Shown here: positions 30,215 to 40,288 of the stretch, piece after piece
Numbering within the stretch: position 1 is the first letter of the stretch
Layout: each line of letters begins with the position of its first letter
The notes under the pieces: generated by a model
The model's input: only the letters and a program-made list of their open reading frames with translations
Told to the model about the DNA's origin: nothing
The model's database searches: none
DNA from: Gammaproteobacteria bacterium
GTDB taxonomy: Bacteria; Pseudomonadota; Gammaproteobacteria; Steroidobacterales; Foliamicaceae
Length of the DNA: 64,000 nt
Assembly (NCBI GenBank): GCA_963666765.1
Contig: OY762933.1
Location: 716,074-780,073 of the forward strand
Direction: 5' to 3'
Translations under genes and position numbers: made by a program

Positions 30215-31408
30215 TCAGGAACCGGCCTCGTTGGCGGAGCGCCAGGCGGTCAATTCGCCGGATACCGTAAGCGCGAACAGCTTGTCGCCCATCACAAGCG
30301 GTTGTGAGCCGATACGGCCGTTGCCCGCGCGCGCCCGCGCCTCCAGTCTGCCCGTAAATACGTTGAATCCGTGCAGATATCCCTCCAGGTCGCCGACCAT
30401 CACGTGGGCGGCGAAAAGCGCAGGCCGCGAGAGGTCGCGATAGCCCAGCGAGTCGGAATTCCAAAGAGCAGTGCCGCCGGTGCGGGCGTGGGCGCTGATA
30501 TTTCCGTCTTCGCTTACCGAATAGACATTGTTCGCATCCACCACCAGGCCGTTGTAGCCGGAGAACTCACGCGACCACAGCAATTCGCCCGATTCCGCCG
30601 CCACCGAGGTCAGCAGGCCGTTGTAGCCGGCAACGTACACGTCGTTGCCCACAACCTGCACGTCGCCATTGAGATCTACCAGGCGTTCCAGCTCATTGCG
30701 GCCGGCGGGCGCGGCAAGCGGCACGTCCCACGCCTTGGCGCCGTCGGACTGCTGATATGCGGTCAGCCGCCCGTTGTCGAACCCGCAGATGACCATTTGC
30801 GCCTGCACGACCGGCGCGGACGTGCCACGCAGGCTGAGCCGGGGCATGCTCTGGGAAACCGACCAGAGTTCCTGGCCGGTAGCCAGGCTGAAGGCGAAAA
30901 GATAACCATGCACCGTGCGCACGAACAGGCGCCCGCCGCCGATGGCCGGCGCCGCCAGCACTTCGCCCTTGACGTAGGCGCGCCACTCCTCGTTGCCGCT
31001 GCCCGCGTCGAGCACGACGACCCAGCCCCCGGAGGAACCCACGGCGACCACGCCGTCTCCGACAACGGGACCGGCGGACAGGCTGAGGTCCGTGTCGCGG
31101 CGCCAGCGCTGGCGGCCGTTCCCGGCGTCGAAGGCGTGAACCATGCCGTCGGCGTTGGCCGCGTAGATCCTGGCCCCGTCGCCGTCCAGGCGCAACGCCA
31201 GCCGCAGTTCATCGCCGCCGCCGCCGACCTTGGCGGACCAGACACGCCGAATCCGGAACTGCTCGCTGAATTCCATGAGTTCGCGTGGCTGGCGCGCCTC
31301 GCTTTCCTCGTCACCGCCGAATATGCCGCAGCCCCCGGCCCCCAGGGAACCCGCGGCGAGCGCCAAAGCCATCAAGCCTCTCGGGCAAAGGCGGGAGAAC
31401 ATCTTCAT
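30215..31408 (-). CDS. bamB: Outer membrane assembly lipoprotein BamB
   Basis: Lipobox-like AGGC, PQQ-type beta-propeller repeats, GRNELERLVD; canonical position before der. Confidence 0.9.
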   Translation of the reverse strand: MKMFSRLCPRGLMALALAAGSLGAGGCGIFGGDEESEARQPRELMEFSEQFRIRRVWSAKVGGGGDELRLALRLDGDGARIYAANADGMVHAFDAGNGRQRWRRDTDLSLSAGPVVGDGVVAVGSSGGWVVVLDAGSGNEEWRAYVKGEVLAAPAIGGGRLFVRTVHGYLFAFSLATGQELWSVSQSMPRLSLRGTSAPVVQAQMVICGFDNGRLTAYQQSDGAKAWDVPLAAPAGRNELERLVDLNGDVQVVGNDVYVAGYNGLLTSVAAESGELLWSREFSGYNGLVVDANNVYSVSEDGNISAHARTGGTALWNSDSLGYRDLSRPALFAAHVMVGDLEGYLHGFNVFTGRLEARARAGNGRIGSQPLVMGDKLFALTVSGELTAWRSANEAGS

Positions 31409-32127
31409 TTCTGAGCCTCCCCTGTCGACGTAGTCTCGTCGTCCTGCTCCGCCTGCGGCGCCTTGTCGTCGCCCTCGGACGCGCCGGTCCCGCCAGCGCC
31501 ATCCGCGGCGAGGTGGTCGAGCTTCAGGCGAATCCAGGCCGCGTCGATCTGACCGCTGTATTCCAGCGCCGCCTGATAGGCCGCACGCGCCTCGTCCGTC
31601 TGTCCCAGGGCCTGGTGGAGGTCGCCGCGCATATCCTCCGTCAACTGCTGCCAGGCCGGCGAAAAAATGTCCGAGTCAAGTGTTGCCAGGCCGTCCCCGG
31701 GCCGATCCATGTAGAGGTAGACCCGGGCCAGCCGCAGGCGCGCCAATTGCCGCAGGTCCCCGTCTGAAGTTGTTGCGATTACGTTCTGCAACTCCTGCGC
31801 TGCCAAAGACGGTTGGGTCGTATCGACGTATGCCCTGGCCATGAGCAGGCGGGCATGATCCGCGTAGCTGCTGCCCTCGTAGGCCGAGACCAGGCTTTGC
31901 AGCAAGGTCCCGGCGGAGTCCTGGTCGCTGGATTCGATCGCGGCCCGGAAATCCTCGTAGAGGTCGGATGCTTCGGCGGCCTGGCGAGCCTGCCGCGCCT
32001 GCCATTGGTCATAGCCGAAGTAGCTGCCGATCCCTACCGCGACAGCCACGATCGCGGCCGGGGCGTATTCCCGCACCCAGTCCCGGACACGCGCCGCCTG
32101 CTGCCGATCGGTAAGGAATTCATCCAT
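31405..32127 (-). CDS. yfgM: YfgM-family TPR membrane protein
   Basis: N-terminal TM helix, SSYADHARL, ARLRLARV, GD...ALGQ...ARAAYQAA; sits between hisS and bamB. Confidence 0.85.
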   Translation of the reverse strand: MDEFLTDRQQAARVRDWVREYAPAAIVAVAVGIGSYFGYDQWQARQARQAAEASDLYEDFRAAIESSDQDSAGTLLQSLVSAYEGSSYADHARLLMARAYVDTTQPSLAAQELQNVIATTSDGDLRQLARLRLARVYLYMDRPGDGLATLDSDIFSPAWQQLTEDMRGDLHQALGQTDEARAAYQAALEYSGQIDAAWIRLKLDHLAADGAGGTGASEGDDKAPQAEQDDETTSTGEAQK

Positions 32128-33406
32128 GGTATGGAATTGTACGGTCCGCGCGCCCGCGCAGCACGCGCGAAAGCTCCTGGATCGGGATCTCCTCTTGCTC
32201 GCTCTCCCCGCGCAGATCCTTCAGGCCGACGGTTCCCGCGTCCAGCTCCCGTTCCCCCATAACGAGCGCGTAGCGCGCTCCGGAACGGCCTGCGTGGCGC
32301 ATCTGCGCCCGCGCGCCGCCCCCGCCGCAATGCATCTGCACAGGCAGTCCCGGACACTCGCTCCTAAGCATCTCGGCCAGCTTGAGCCCGGCCTGAAGCA
32401 CGGCCCTGCCGCCCAGCAGGACCAGGTAGGCGCCCTCCTCTGCAGCTGATTCCGGAAGGCGGGCGAGTTCCAGCAGACGCTCAACCCCCATTGCCCATCC
32501 GATTGCGGGCGTGGGCGGTCCCCCAAGCTGTTCAACGAGCCCGTCATAGCGCCCTCCGGCGCACACCGCATTCTGCGCTCCCAGTCTGTCGGTCAAGAAC
32601 TCGAACACGGTCCTGCTGTAGTAGTCCAGGCCCCGGACCAGGCGGGGATTGACGCGAAACTCCAGTCCGATAGCGTCCAACAGGGCCCTGAGTTCGGTAA
32701 AGTGATCGGCGGACTCGGGCTCAAGAAACTCGGACACCTCCGGGGCGCCGCCGATCAAACCGGCCATTTCCGGGTTGCGGCTGTCGAGTATGCGAAGCGG
32801 GTTCCGTTCCAGTCGGCTGCGGCTGTCGGCGTCCAGCGACTTGACGTGGTCCCCGAAGTACTCCCGCAGGCGATCCCTGTACGCCGCACGGCAGGTGGGA
32901 CCGCCGAGGCTGTTGATCTCCAGCGCAAGGCCTCCCACTCCCAGCCGGGCGAAGACGCGCGCGGCCAGCGCGATCAGTTCCGCGTCGATATCCGGCCCCG
33001 CGAAACCGATGGCTTCCACGTCGAACTGATGGAACTGCCGAAGGCGACCGCGCTGCGGCCGCTCCCGGCGAAACATCGGCCCGGCGCACCAGACGCGATG
33101 ACGGCCGCGGTGCAGGCCATGTTCCAGCGCACCCCGGACGATGCCGGCAGTCGCTTCCGGGCGCAGGGCAATAATCCGGCCCTTGCTTCCCTGGGTCGTA
33201 TACATTTCTTTCTGCACGATGTCGGTGTCTTCACCCACGGAGCGAAGGTATAGGTCGGCGTGCTCCAGCACCGGCACCCGAAACTCGCGGTAACCGTGTT
33301 CTTCCAGCGTGCGGATGACGATGCCCTCAGCGCTGCGCCAAAGGGCGGCGTCCTCCGGAAGAAGATCGCGAACGCCTCGAACCGATTGAACGGATTTTCC
33401 GGGCAC
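32120..33406 (-). CDS. hisS: Histidine--tRNA ligase
   Basis: LRPEATAG, FRRERPQRGRLRQFHQ, LVRGLDYY, GGRYD. Confidence 0.97.
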   Translation of the reverse strand: MPGKSVQSVRGVRDLLPEDAALWRSAEGIVIRTLEEHGYREFRVPVLEHADLYLRSVGEDTDIVQKEMYTTQGSKGRIIALRPEATAGIVRGALEHGLHRGRHRVWCAGPMFRRERPQRGRLRQFHQFDVEAIGFAGPDIDAELIALAARVFARLGVGGLALEINSLGGPTCRAAYRDRLREYFGDHVKSLDADSRSRLERNPLRILDSRNPEMAGLIGGAPEVSEFLEPESADHFTELRALLDAIGLEFRVNPRLVRGLDYYSRTVFEFLTDRLGAQNAVCAGGRYDGLVEQLGGPPTPAIGWAMGVERLLELARLPESAAEEGAYLVLLGGRAVLQAGLKLAEMLRSECPGLPVQMHCGGGGARAQMRHAGRSGARYALVMGERELDAGTVGLKDLRGESEQEEIPIQELSRVLRGRADRTIPYHG

Positions 33407-33443
33407 GCGCCGCCTCCAGCCTGGCCTCAGGGCCTTTCTGCAA

Positions 33444-33857
33444 TCAGTCCGAGAACCAGCCGAGCACCATGTCGCCCCAGAACTGGTAGGCGATCAGGCA
33501 CAGGGCCGTAGTGACCAGTATCCACGTGATCAACTTGAGGCGCCCCCAACGCTGGACCCGGGACGGCACCAGGCCGACTTTCGCGGGAAGCCGGTCCCAG
33601 TCCGGATATTTGCGGCGGTAGTCGGTTATCAACTCTTCCGCGCTGATCTTGAGAAGCTTGCAGTAACAGCGCAGGTGACCCACAACGTGGGCGTGGGCGC
33701 CGAACATTTCAATCTGCCCCGCCTCCAGCGCATTGACGGCGTCCGTTGAGAGGCGGAGTTCCTGGGCCACATCCTCCACACTAATCATCTGGGCCCGCCG
33801 GGCCGATTGCAGCCGTTCGCCGTAAGAACCGGCCGGATCGTGGGTCTTTTCTGCCAT
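33444..33857 (-). CDS. Short RodZ-like HTH plus TM protein (137 aa)
   Basis: GERLQSARRAQ..S.EDVAQEL...ALEAG...GHLRCYCKLL, then one TM helix; syntenic with rodZ. Confidence 0.7.
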   Translation of the reverse strand: MAEKTHDPAGSYGERLQSARRAQMISVEDVAQELRLSTDAVNALEAGQIEMFGAHAHVVGHLRCYCKLLKISAEELITDYRRKYPDWDRLPAKVGLVPSRVQRWGRLKLITWILVTTALCLIAYQFWGDMVLGWFSD

Positions 33858-33874
33858 CGCAAGAGTTCTCCTGG

Positions 33875-34411
33875 TCAATTCTGCGCTGAGAGTCGCTCCA
33901 GCAGCAATTGTGCCTCGACATGGAAGGGATCGTGCGCCAGTGCGCGCCGAAACCACTGCGCCGCGCTGTTCCTGTCCAGGGGCAGTTCGCAAACGCCGCG
34001 GTTGGCATAGACGGCTGCCCGGCGAGTCTCCGTCGCTGCGCCCGCCGCCCGCTCAAGCAGTTTCATGCCCTCGCGCCGCTGTCCGTCCCGGCGGCACAGG
34101 AAAACGCCAAGACTGTTGAGCGCCTCGACATCGCGCGGCGCCAGCCGGACCGCGCGCCGGTAATGCCGCTCGGCGCCGCCGGCGGCCTTGAGGCGCTCGT
34201 AGGCCATGCCCAGCAGGCGATGGGCCTCCGGGGAAGCAGGATCCTGCTGCGTGGCCCGAATCAGCTTGTCACGAGCCAATTCCAGCCGATCCTGGGCCAG
34301 GTACGCGGCGCCCAGCTCCAGGTTCAATGCCGAGGCACGCGGATTGGCGTTCAGGCCTGCCTGGCAGCCCGCCGCAAGCAATGCGGCCACAAAAGTCCAA
34401 AGGACCCTCAT
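33875..34411 (-). CDS. Type IV pilus biogenesis/stability TPR lipoprotein (PilW/PilF-like)
   Basis: LAAGC lipobox, NLELGAAYL...A..KL..A, NSLGVFLC; syntenic after rlmN. Confidence 0.8.
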   Translation of the reverse strand: MRVLWTFVAALLAAGCQAGLNANPRASALNLELGAAYLAQDRLELARDKLIRATQQDPASPEAHRLLGMAYERLKAAGGAERHYRRAVRLAPRDVEALNSLGVFLCRRDGQRREGMKLLERAAGAATETRRAAVYANRGVCELPLDRNSAAQWFRRALAHDPFHVEAQLLLERLSAQN

Positions 34412-35493
34412 GCGCGGGCGCTCATTCCGGCCGGCACGCTCATGCCGTTCAGCACCGTTCCCCGCAACTGGCCGCAGGCGGCATCAATGTCCTCGCCACG
34501 CGTCTTGCGCGTAATGGTCATAACGCCGGCATCGAGCAATACCTGGCGGAAGCGGTCGATTACGTCGCGAGGCGAACACTTGAACGGCGCCCCGTCCACG
34601 CGGTTGTAGGGTATGAGATTGAGCTTGGCCGGGCGGTCCCTGAGCAGCCCCGCCAACGCCCTTGCCTGGTGCGGCTGGTCGTTTACGCCGTCCAGCATGA
34701 CGTACTCGAAGGTGATTTCGCGGCTCTCGGTCTCCCGGGCGTAGTCCCAGCAGGCGTCCAGCAAGGGCCCCAGGGGATAACGCTTGTTCAGCGGGACCAG
34801 GAAATTGCGCAATGCATCTTCCGGTGCGTGCAGCGACAGCGCCAGTGCGATGCGCGAGACCGCCGCGAGCTTGCGAATGCGCGGCGTGATGCCGCTGGTG
34901 CTCAGGGTGACCCGCCGCCGTGAAAGTCCCAGTCCCAGGTGATCGACGAACACCGACGCGGCGCGCACCACCTCGCGGAAATTCGCCAGGGGCTCCCCCA
35001 TCCCCATGAACACGATATTGGTGATTGCCCTGCCCTCCGGCTCCAGTTCCCGGCGGGCGACAAGGGTCTGGGCCACGATCTCCGCGGCGCTCAGATTGCG
35101 GCTGAAGCCCATCTGGCCGGTTGCGCAGAACGGGCAGTTCACCGCGCAGCCGACCTGAGAGGATACGCACAGGGTGCCCCGGCTGCTCTCGGGAATGAAG
35201 ACGGTTTCGACGACCTGTCCGCCCCCAACCTCCAGCAGCCACTTTCGCGTGCCGTCCTCCGAGCGCTCGTGCCGCAGTACTTCCGGCAGGTCCAGTCCGG
35301 CGGTCAGCGCCAGCGACTCGCGCAATGACAGCGTCATGTCCGTCATCCTGCGCGGCTCCAGTTCGCCGCGGTGATAGAGCCACCGCATGAGCTGGCGGGC
35401 GCGGAATGCGGCCTCGCCCCGCGACACGAACCACTCTTCCAGTTCGCCGCGCGGCAAACCCAGCAATGAAGCGGCGCCCGCTGCCGTACTCAC
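34408..35493 (-). CDS. rlmN: 23S rRNA/tRNA m2A methyltransferase
   Basis: LCVSSQVGCAVNCPFCATG, FMGMGEP, SLHAP, DIDAACGQL. Confidence 0.95.
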   Translation of the reverse strand: MSTAAGAASLLGLPRGELEEWFVSRGEAAFRARQLMRWLYHRGELEPRRMTDMTLSLRESLALTAGLDLPEVLRHERSEDGTRKWLLEVGGGQVVETVFIPESSRGTLCVSSQVGCAVNCPFCATGQMGFSRNLSAAEIVAQTLVARRELEPEGRAITNIVFMGMGEPLANFREVVRAASVFVDHLGLGLSRRRVTLSTSGITPRIRKLAAVSRIALALSLHAPEDALRNFLVPLNKRYPLGPLLDACWDYARETESREITFEYVMLDGVNDQPHQARALAGLLRDRPAKLNLIPYNRVDGAPFKCSPRDVIDRFRQVLLDAGVMTITRKTRGEDIDAACGQLRGTVLNGMSVPAGMSARA

Positions 35494-35503
35494 GAGTGTC
35501 GCG

Positions 35504-35926
35504 TCAGTGCGGGTGCAGATCGGCGCGCCGGAAGAAAAAGTCGATTTCTTCCCTGGCCGTCCCTGGACCGTCGGACCCGTGAACGACATTGCGCTCCACG
35601 CTCTCGCCATAGTCGGCGCGCACCGTGCCCTCGGCAGCGTCATCGGGATTCGTGGCCCCCATCAGTTCACGATTGCGGTCGATCGCGTTTTCCCCCTCCA
35701 GCACCTGAACCATGATCGGGCCGGAGGTCATGTAAGCCACCAGGTCCTCGTAGAACGGGCGCTCGCTGTGTACCCGGTAGAAATCCCGGGCCTGTTGCTC
35801 GTCCAGGTGCAGCATGCGGGCGCCTATGATCGTAAGGCCCGCAGCCTCGAAACGCCTGTATATCTCGCCGATCAGGCGCCGCGCAACACCGTCCGGCTTG
35901 ATGATCGAGAGAGTGCGCTGGCTCAT
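35504..35926 (-). CDS. ndk: Nucleoside diphosphate kinase
   Basis: [25 protein letters not shown]. Confidence 0.97.
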   Translation of the reverse strand: MSQRTLSIIKPDGVARRLIGEIYRRFEAAGLTIIGARMLHLDEQQARDFYRVHSERPFYEDLVAYMTSGPIMVQVLEGENAIDRNRELMGATNPDDAAEGTVRADYGESVERNVVHGSDGPGTAREEIDFFFRRADLHPH

Positions 35927-36246
35927 ACCGTAAAGCTTTCGCCGCAGCCGCACTCGCCTGTCGCGTTCGGGTTGGTAAAGACAAACTGCTCGTTCAGATC
36001 CTTCTGCACAAAGTCCACCTCGGTGCCTTCCAGCAGCGGCAGGCTCTCGCGCGCAACCACGATACTCAAATCGTTCTGGTGCATCACCACGTCGTCCCGC
36101 CCTACCTCATCGGCATAGTCCAGAACATACGAATACCCGGAACACCCTGTCTCCGTAACGCCAACCCGCAGGCCCACGCCGCCGCCGCGGCGACGCAGAT
36201 ATTCCAGCACCCTGGCTTCGGCGCGGGGCGTAAGGCGCAAACTCAT
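35923..36246 (-). CDS. iscA: A-type Fe-S cluster carrier protein
   Basis: GCSGYSY and ECGCGESF. Confidence 0.9.
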   Translation of the reverse strand: MSLRLTPRAEARVLEYLRRRGGGVGLRVGVTETGCSGYSYVLDYADEVGRDDVVMHQNDLSIVVARESLPLLEGTEVDFVQKDLNEQFVFTNPNATGECGCGESFTV

Positions 36247-36274
36247 TGGTATACCTCGCAGTCAATCCAGCCGG

Positions 36275-37753
36275 TCAATTATCCTCGCCCTGCAGGCAGC
36301 CTTGCAAGGCGTCACGGGCGCAAAGCAGCAGTGAGCGCGCCTCAGGGGGCGCCTTGAGCGCCTCGCTCAAACCCCCGGCCCAGTCATCGATCGCCAACTG
36401 ACGGCCCGACAATTTCAGCGCCCGGGCGCCGCTATGCGCGGCCGCCGCCAGTATTGGCGGGCCCAGCACGCGAACGGCGGTCTCGACCACTTTGTCCTGG
36501 TCCCAGCGGGCCTCCAGCCGCACCCAATCGCCGGCCTTGCGCCGCCCGGCTTCACCCCGGGTGACGCGTCCGGAACCTGGCGCCAAAGCCAGCCTATCGT
36601 CCGCGAGACCACGTAAAAAGGCAACTGCATTTCCAAATATCTCAATAAACTGGTCGATTTCCTGCCTTTCGGTCCAGCGGCCCAGGCTGAATCGGATAGT
36701 GCTGCCTGCCAGAAGCGGCGTGCGCCCCAGGCACCGCAGCACTGCGGAGGGCTCGTCCTGCACGCTGGCGCAGGCTGAACCCAGGGAAAATGTCACGCCC
36801 TCCAGCGCTTCAACCAGACTGGTTCCTTCCACACCGTCCACGCTGACGCTGAGAATGCCAGGAGCCAACTCCGCCCCCGCGCCGTTGTGGTAAACGCCGC
36901 CGGCAGCCCGAAGGCCCCGCCATAGCCGCTCGCGAAGCGCCGCGACCCGCCGGCTTTCCTCATCCATTTCTTCCATTGCGATCGCGCAGGCCGCGCCCAG
37001 TCCCACGATCTGGTGGGTCGGCAAGGTACCGGGCCGTAGGGAGCGCTGCTGCCCGCCCCCGTGCAGCAGCGGCTCAATGCGCGGTATGCGTTGGCGATTG
37101 ATGCACAGCGCCCCCACGCCCTTGGGTCCGTACAACTTGTGCGCCGTAAGCGACAGCAGATCGATTCGCTGCCGCGGCATATTGAGCGAAATCTTGCCGG
37201 CGCCCTGCGCGGCGTCAACATGCAGCCAGGCGCCATGCGCCGTACAGAGCTTCCCGAATTCGGCAATATCCTGAACGACACCAATTTCGTTGTTCACGTG
37301 CATCAGCGACACGAGCACCGTGTCGGCCCTTAACGCCGACTTCAGGGCATCCACCGTGACCACGCCCTGCGAATCGGGCTCAAGGCAGGTCACCTCGAAC
37401 CCTTCACGCTTCAGCGCCAGACAGGAGTTGAGCCCGGCCGGATGCTCGTTCAACCCGGTTATGACGTGACGTCCGTGCCGCTGGCGGTAGCGCGCTGCGC
37501 CGATCACCCCCAGCCCAATGGATTCGGTCGCACCGGAAGTGAAGACCACCTCCTCGACCGACAGGCCCACCAGCACACCCACTGCCGCCGCCGCTTCGCC
37601 AATCAATTTCCTGGCCTCCGCTCCCGCCGCGTGTTGCGCCGAAGGATTTGCGTGGGGCCCGGCCCGAAGCACCTCGCTCATGCGCTCGCTCACGCGCGGA
37701 TCCACCGGTGTGGACGCGGCGTAGTCCATGTAAATCGGCGGTGCCGGCGGCAT
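36275..37753 (-). CDS. iscS: Cysteine desulfurase with a ~100-aa C-terminal IscU-like extension
   Basis: YMDYAASTP, FTSGATES, HVDAAQ, LTAHKLYGPKG, GSAC; 492 aa versus about 390-400 for typical IscS. Confidence 0.85.
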   Translation of the reverse strand: MPPAPPIYMDYAASTPVDPRVSERMSEVLRAGPHANPSAQHAAGAEARKLIGEAAAAVGVLVGLSVEEVVFTSGATESIGLGVIGAARYRQRHGRHVITGLNEHPAGLNSCLALKREGFEVTCLEPDSQGVVTVDALKSALRADTVLVSLMHVNNEIGVVQDIAEFGKLCTAHGAWLHVDAAQGAGKISLNMPRQRIDLLSLTAHKLYGPKGVGALCINRQRIPRIEPLLHGGGQQRSLRPGTLPTHQIVGLGAACAIAMEEMDEESRRVAALRERLWRGLRAAGGVYHNGAGAELAPGILSVSVDGVEGTSLVEALEGVTFSLGSACASVQDEPSAVLRCLGRTPLLAGSTIRFSLGRWTERQEIDQFIEIFGNAVAFLRGLADDRLALAPGSGRVTRGEAGRRKAGDWVRLEARWDQDKVVETAVRVLGPPILAAAAHSGARALKLSGRQLAIDDWAGGLSEALKAPPEARSLLLCARDALQGCLQGEDN

Positions 37754-37818
37754 CAGTTGATCAGCTTGCGGGAACCGGTAAACACGGCACTAGGATACCA
37801 ACAGGATCGCATTAGAAT

Positions 37819-38442
37819 ATGGCTTTGGGGCAGCAGAAAACGCGGAGAATCAGCTTGCAGGTATTTGATCTCGTAGAGCAGGGGGCCAGGGCCGCAAACA
37901 AACCCAATCCAAGTTCCGCAATGCACGGCATGCTGAGCGATTTGCGCAACCGGCTGGACGATGTCCACGAGGCGCTGGAGTTCTGCAGCTGCGGCGATGA
38001 CAAGGACGTACCGGACCGCCAGGTCTTCTACCGGTCCCCCAACCTGCTGATGATGCGCGTCTGCTTCTGCCCGGGCCTCCGCACTCCGCCGCACGATCAT
38101 GCGACCTGGGCGGCGATACTGATGCTCAGCGGCAGCGAACGCAACATCTTCTACCGCCGATGCGGCCGGCATGGGCTGGACAGGACGGAAGAAGTCCTGC
38201 TCCAGCCCGGTTCGATCCTCCAGATGGACGTGGATACGATCCATGTGGCTGAATGCGCCACCGATCAACCGGCAATCGCATTGCACGTGTATGGCGGCGA
38301 TCTGGATTATCTTCCGCGCAGAATCTGGCACCCGCATACGCTGGAGGAATTCCCCATGGAGCTTGGCCGCTACGAGGAATTGTCGGCTATTGCCTCCCGC
38401 GATTCGAGCGCTCCCCTCACCGGCGCACAGGTTGCCGCCTAG
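37819..38442 (+). CDS. Cysteine dioxygenase-like cupin
   Basis: TPPHDHATW...DTIH...ALHVYG metal-binding cupin motifs. Confidence 0.75.
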   Translation: MALGQQKTRRISLQVFDLVEQGARAANKPNPSSAMHGMLSDLRNRLDDVHEALEFCSCGDDKDVPDRQVFYRSPNLLMMRVCFCPGLRTPPHDHATWAAILMLSGSERNIFYRRCGRHGLDRTEEVLLQPGSILQMDVDTIHVAECATDQPAIALHVYGGDLDYLPRRIWHPHTLEEFPMELGRYEELSAIASRDSSAPLTGAQVAA

Positions 38443-38541
38443 CATTCCCGGACCGCCGATCCGCTGCAACGCCGGCCCCGGCCGGCGCCCTCCTGCATCC
38501 GGCGTCGGCAACCCGCACGTTTCAATTCACGGACCCGCACG

Positions 38542-39336
38542 ATGATGCCCTTGCTCAACACCGCGACCGCCGCCGCCCGGCGGGCCGGAGACATGGCCTT
38601 GCGCTATGCCGATCGTATCGAGCAATTGACGGTGCGCAGCAAGAGTCCGAACGAACTCGTGACGGAGGTCGACGAGGCAGCCGAGCGGATTATCGTGGAG
38701 CACATTCGCACAGGCTATCCGGACCACGCCTTTCTCGGCGAGGAAGGCGGCGCCAGCGGGTCGAGCGAGTACGAATGGATCATCGACCCGCTCGACGGAA
38801 CGACCAACTACATCCATCGCTTCCCGGTGTTCTGCGTGTCGCTGGCGCTGCGGCGCCGGGGCGCGCTGCAGCTTGGCGTCATTTACGATCCACAGCGGCA
38901 GGAACTGTTCACCTGTACGCGCGGAGGGGGAGCGCGAATGAACGAGAGGCGCATTCGCGTCAGCCGCCAGGCGGCCCTCGCCGGCAGCCTGATAGGGACC
39001 GGTTTCCCCTACCGCCGCAACCTTCAATGGGTGGATGTCTACATGCGCATGCTCCGCCAGGTGATGCGCCATACCTCCGGCGTGCGCAGGCCGGGCGCCG
39101 CCGCGCTGGACCTGGCCTACGTTGCGGCGGGACGCCTGGACGGCTTCTGGGAATTCGGCCTCAAACCCTGGGACATCGCCGCCGGGGCCCTGCTGATCGA
39201 GGAAGCGGGAGGCTGGATTTCAGGACTGGAGCCGGACACCGACTGCATGGAAACCGGGCATGTGCTGGCGGGCACGCCCAAAGTCTATTCGGAACTCAAG
39301 ATTTTATTTGATAATACCTTGAGACAAAACCAGTAA
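38542..39336 (+). CDS. suhB: Inositol monophosphatase family / Nus factor SuhB
   Basis: WIIDPLDGTTNY, GEEGG, WEFGLKPWDIAAG. Confidence 0.93.
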   Translation: MMPLLNTATAAARRAGDMALRYADRIEQLTVRSKSPNELVTEVDEAAERIIVEHIRTGYPDHAFLGEEGGASGSSEYEWIIDPLDGTTNYIHRFPVFCVSLALRRRGALQLGVIYDPQRQELFTCTRGGGARMNERRIRVSRQAALAGSLIGTGFPYRRNLQWVDVYMRMLRQVMRHTSGVRRPGAAALDLAYVAAGRLDGFWEFGLKPWDIAAGALLIEEAGGWISGLEPDTDCMETGHVLAGTPKVYSELKILFDNTLRQNQ

Positions 39337-39350
39337 TTGACTGTTATTGC

Positions 39351-40286
39351 TTACGTTACCGCTCCATCATTTGCGGTTTCTTTCTTCGGCGGCATTAGAT
39401 CCGCCGTGCTCACATTAAGCGCCAGCGCGGTGTTCCCGGCGACGTATATGGAAGAGTAGGTTCCCACCACGACGCCGATGATCAGGGCGGAGGAGAAACC
39501 CTTGAGCGCTTCCCCGCCGAACAGGAACAGCGCAACGAGTACCAGCAGCGTGGTCAGGCTGGTAATGACGGTGCGGCCCAGCATCTGGTTGACAGAGGTG
39601 TTCATGACCGCCTGCGCATTGCTGATGCGGATCCTCCGGAAATTCTCGCGGATGCGGTCGAACACCACGATCGTGTCATTGAGCGAATAGCCGATTACGG
39701 CCAGTGCAGCCGCCAGTATGGTGAGGTCGAAGGGCAGCTGGAACACCGAGAAGATGCCGAGGATGATGATCACGTCATGCGCCAGCGCCGCCACCGACCC
39801 TACGGCGAATTTCCACTGGAAGCGGAACATGACGTAGAGGAGGATCATCAGCAAGGCGAACAGCACCGCCAGACCGCCACGCTCCGTCAGTTCCTGGCCC
39901 ACCTGCGGCCCCACGAACTCGACGCGGCGCAGGTCGACCTGTTCGCCGCCGGCGCGAAGTACGCCCAGCAACTCCTCGCCCACTCCCTCGGCATCGACGT
40001 CCTGGCGCGGCGGAATCCGGATCAGTACGTCGCGCGCCGCGCCGAAGTTCTGTACCTGGGCATCGGCGTAACCGGCCGTCTCCAGGTCCGATCGGATGGC
40101 CGCCAGATCGGCGTCCGCCTGGTAACCAGCCTCCAGCAGGACACCGCCGGTGAAATCGATGCCCAGATTGAGCTGGCGCGTGACCAGCGAGCCCAGGGAG
40201 GCCAGCACCAGAACCACCGAAAGGATGGTGGCGATCCGGCGCTGGCCGAAAAAATCGATTTCGCGGCGCAGGCGCAGCAATTCCAT
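39351..40286 (-). CDS. secF: Protein translocase subunit SecF
   Basis: GIDFTGG, VGPQVG, GYSLNDTIVVFDRIRE, GTYSSIYVA. Confidence 0.96.
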   Translation of the reverse strand: MELLRLRREIDFFGQRRIATILSVVLVLASLGSLVTRQLNLGIDFTGGVLLEAGYQADADLAAIRSDLETAGYADAQVQNFGAARDVLIRIPPRQDVDAEGVGEELLGVLRAGGEQVDLRRVEFVGPQVGQELTERGGLAVLFALLMILLYVMFRFQWKFAVGSVAALAHDVIIILGIFSVFQLPFDLTILAAALAVIGYSLNDTIVVFDRIRENFRRIRISNAQAVMNTSVNQMLGRTVITSLTTLLVLVALFLFGGEALKGFSSALIIGVVVGTYSSIYVAGNTALALNVSTADLMPPKKETANDGAVT

Positions 40287-40288
40287 GG

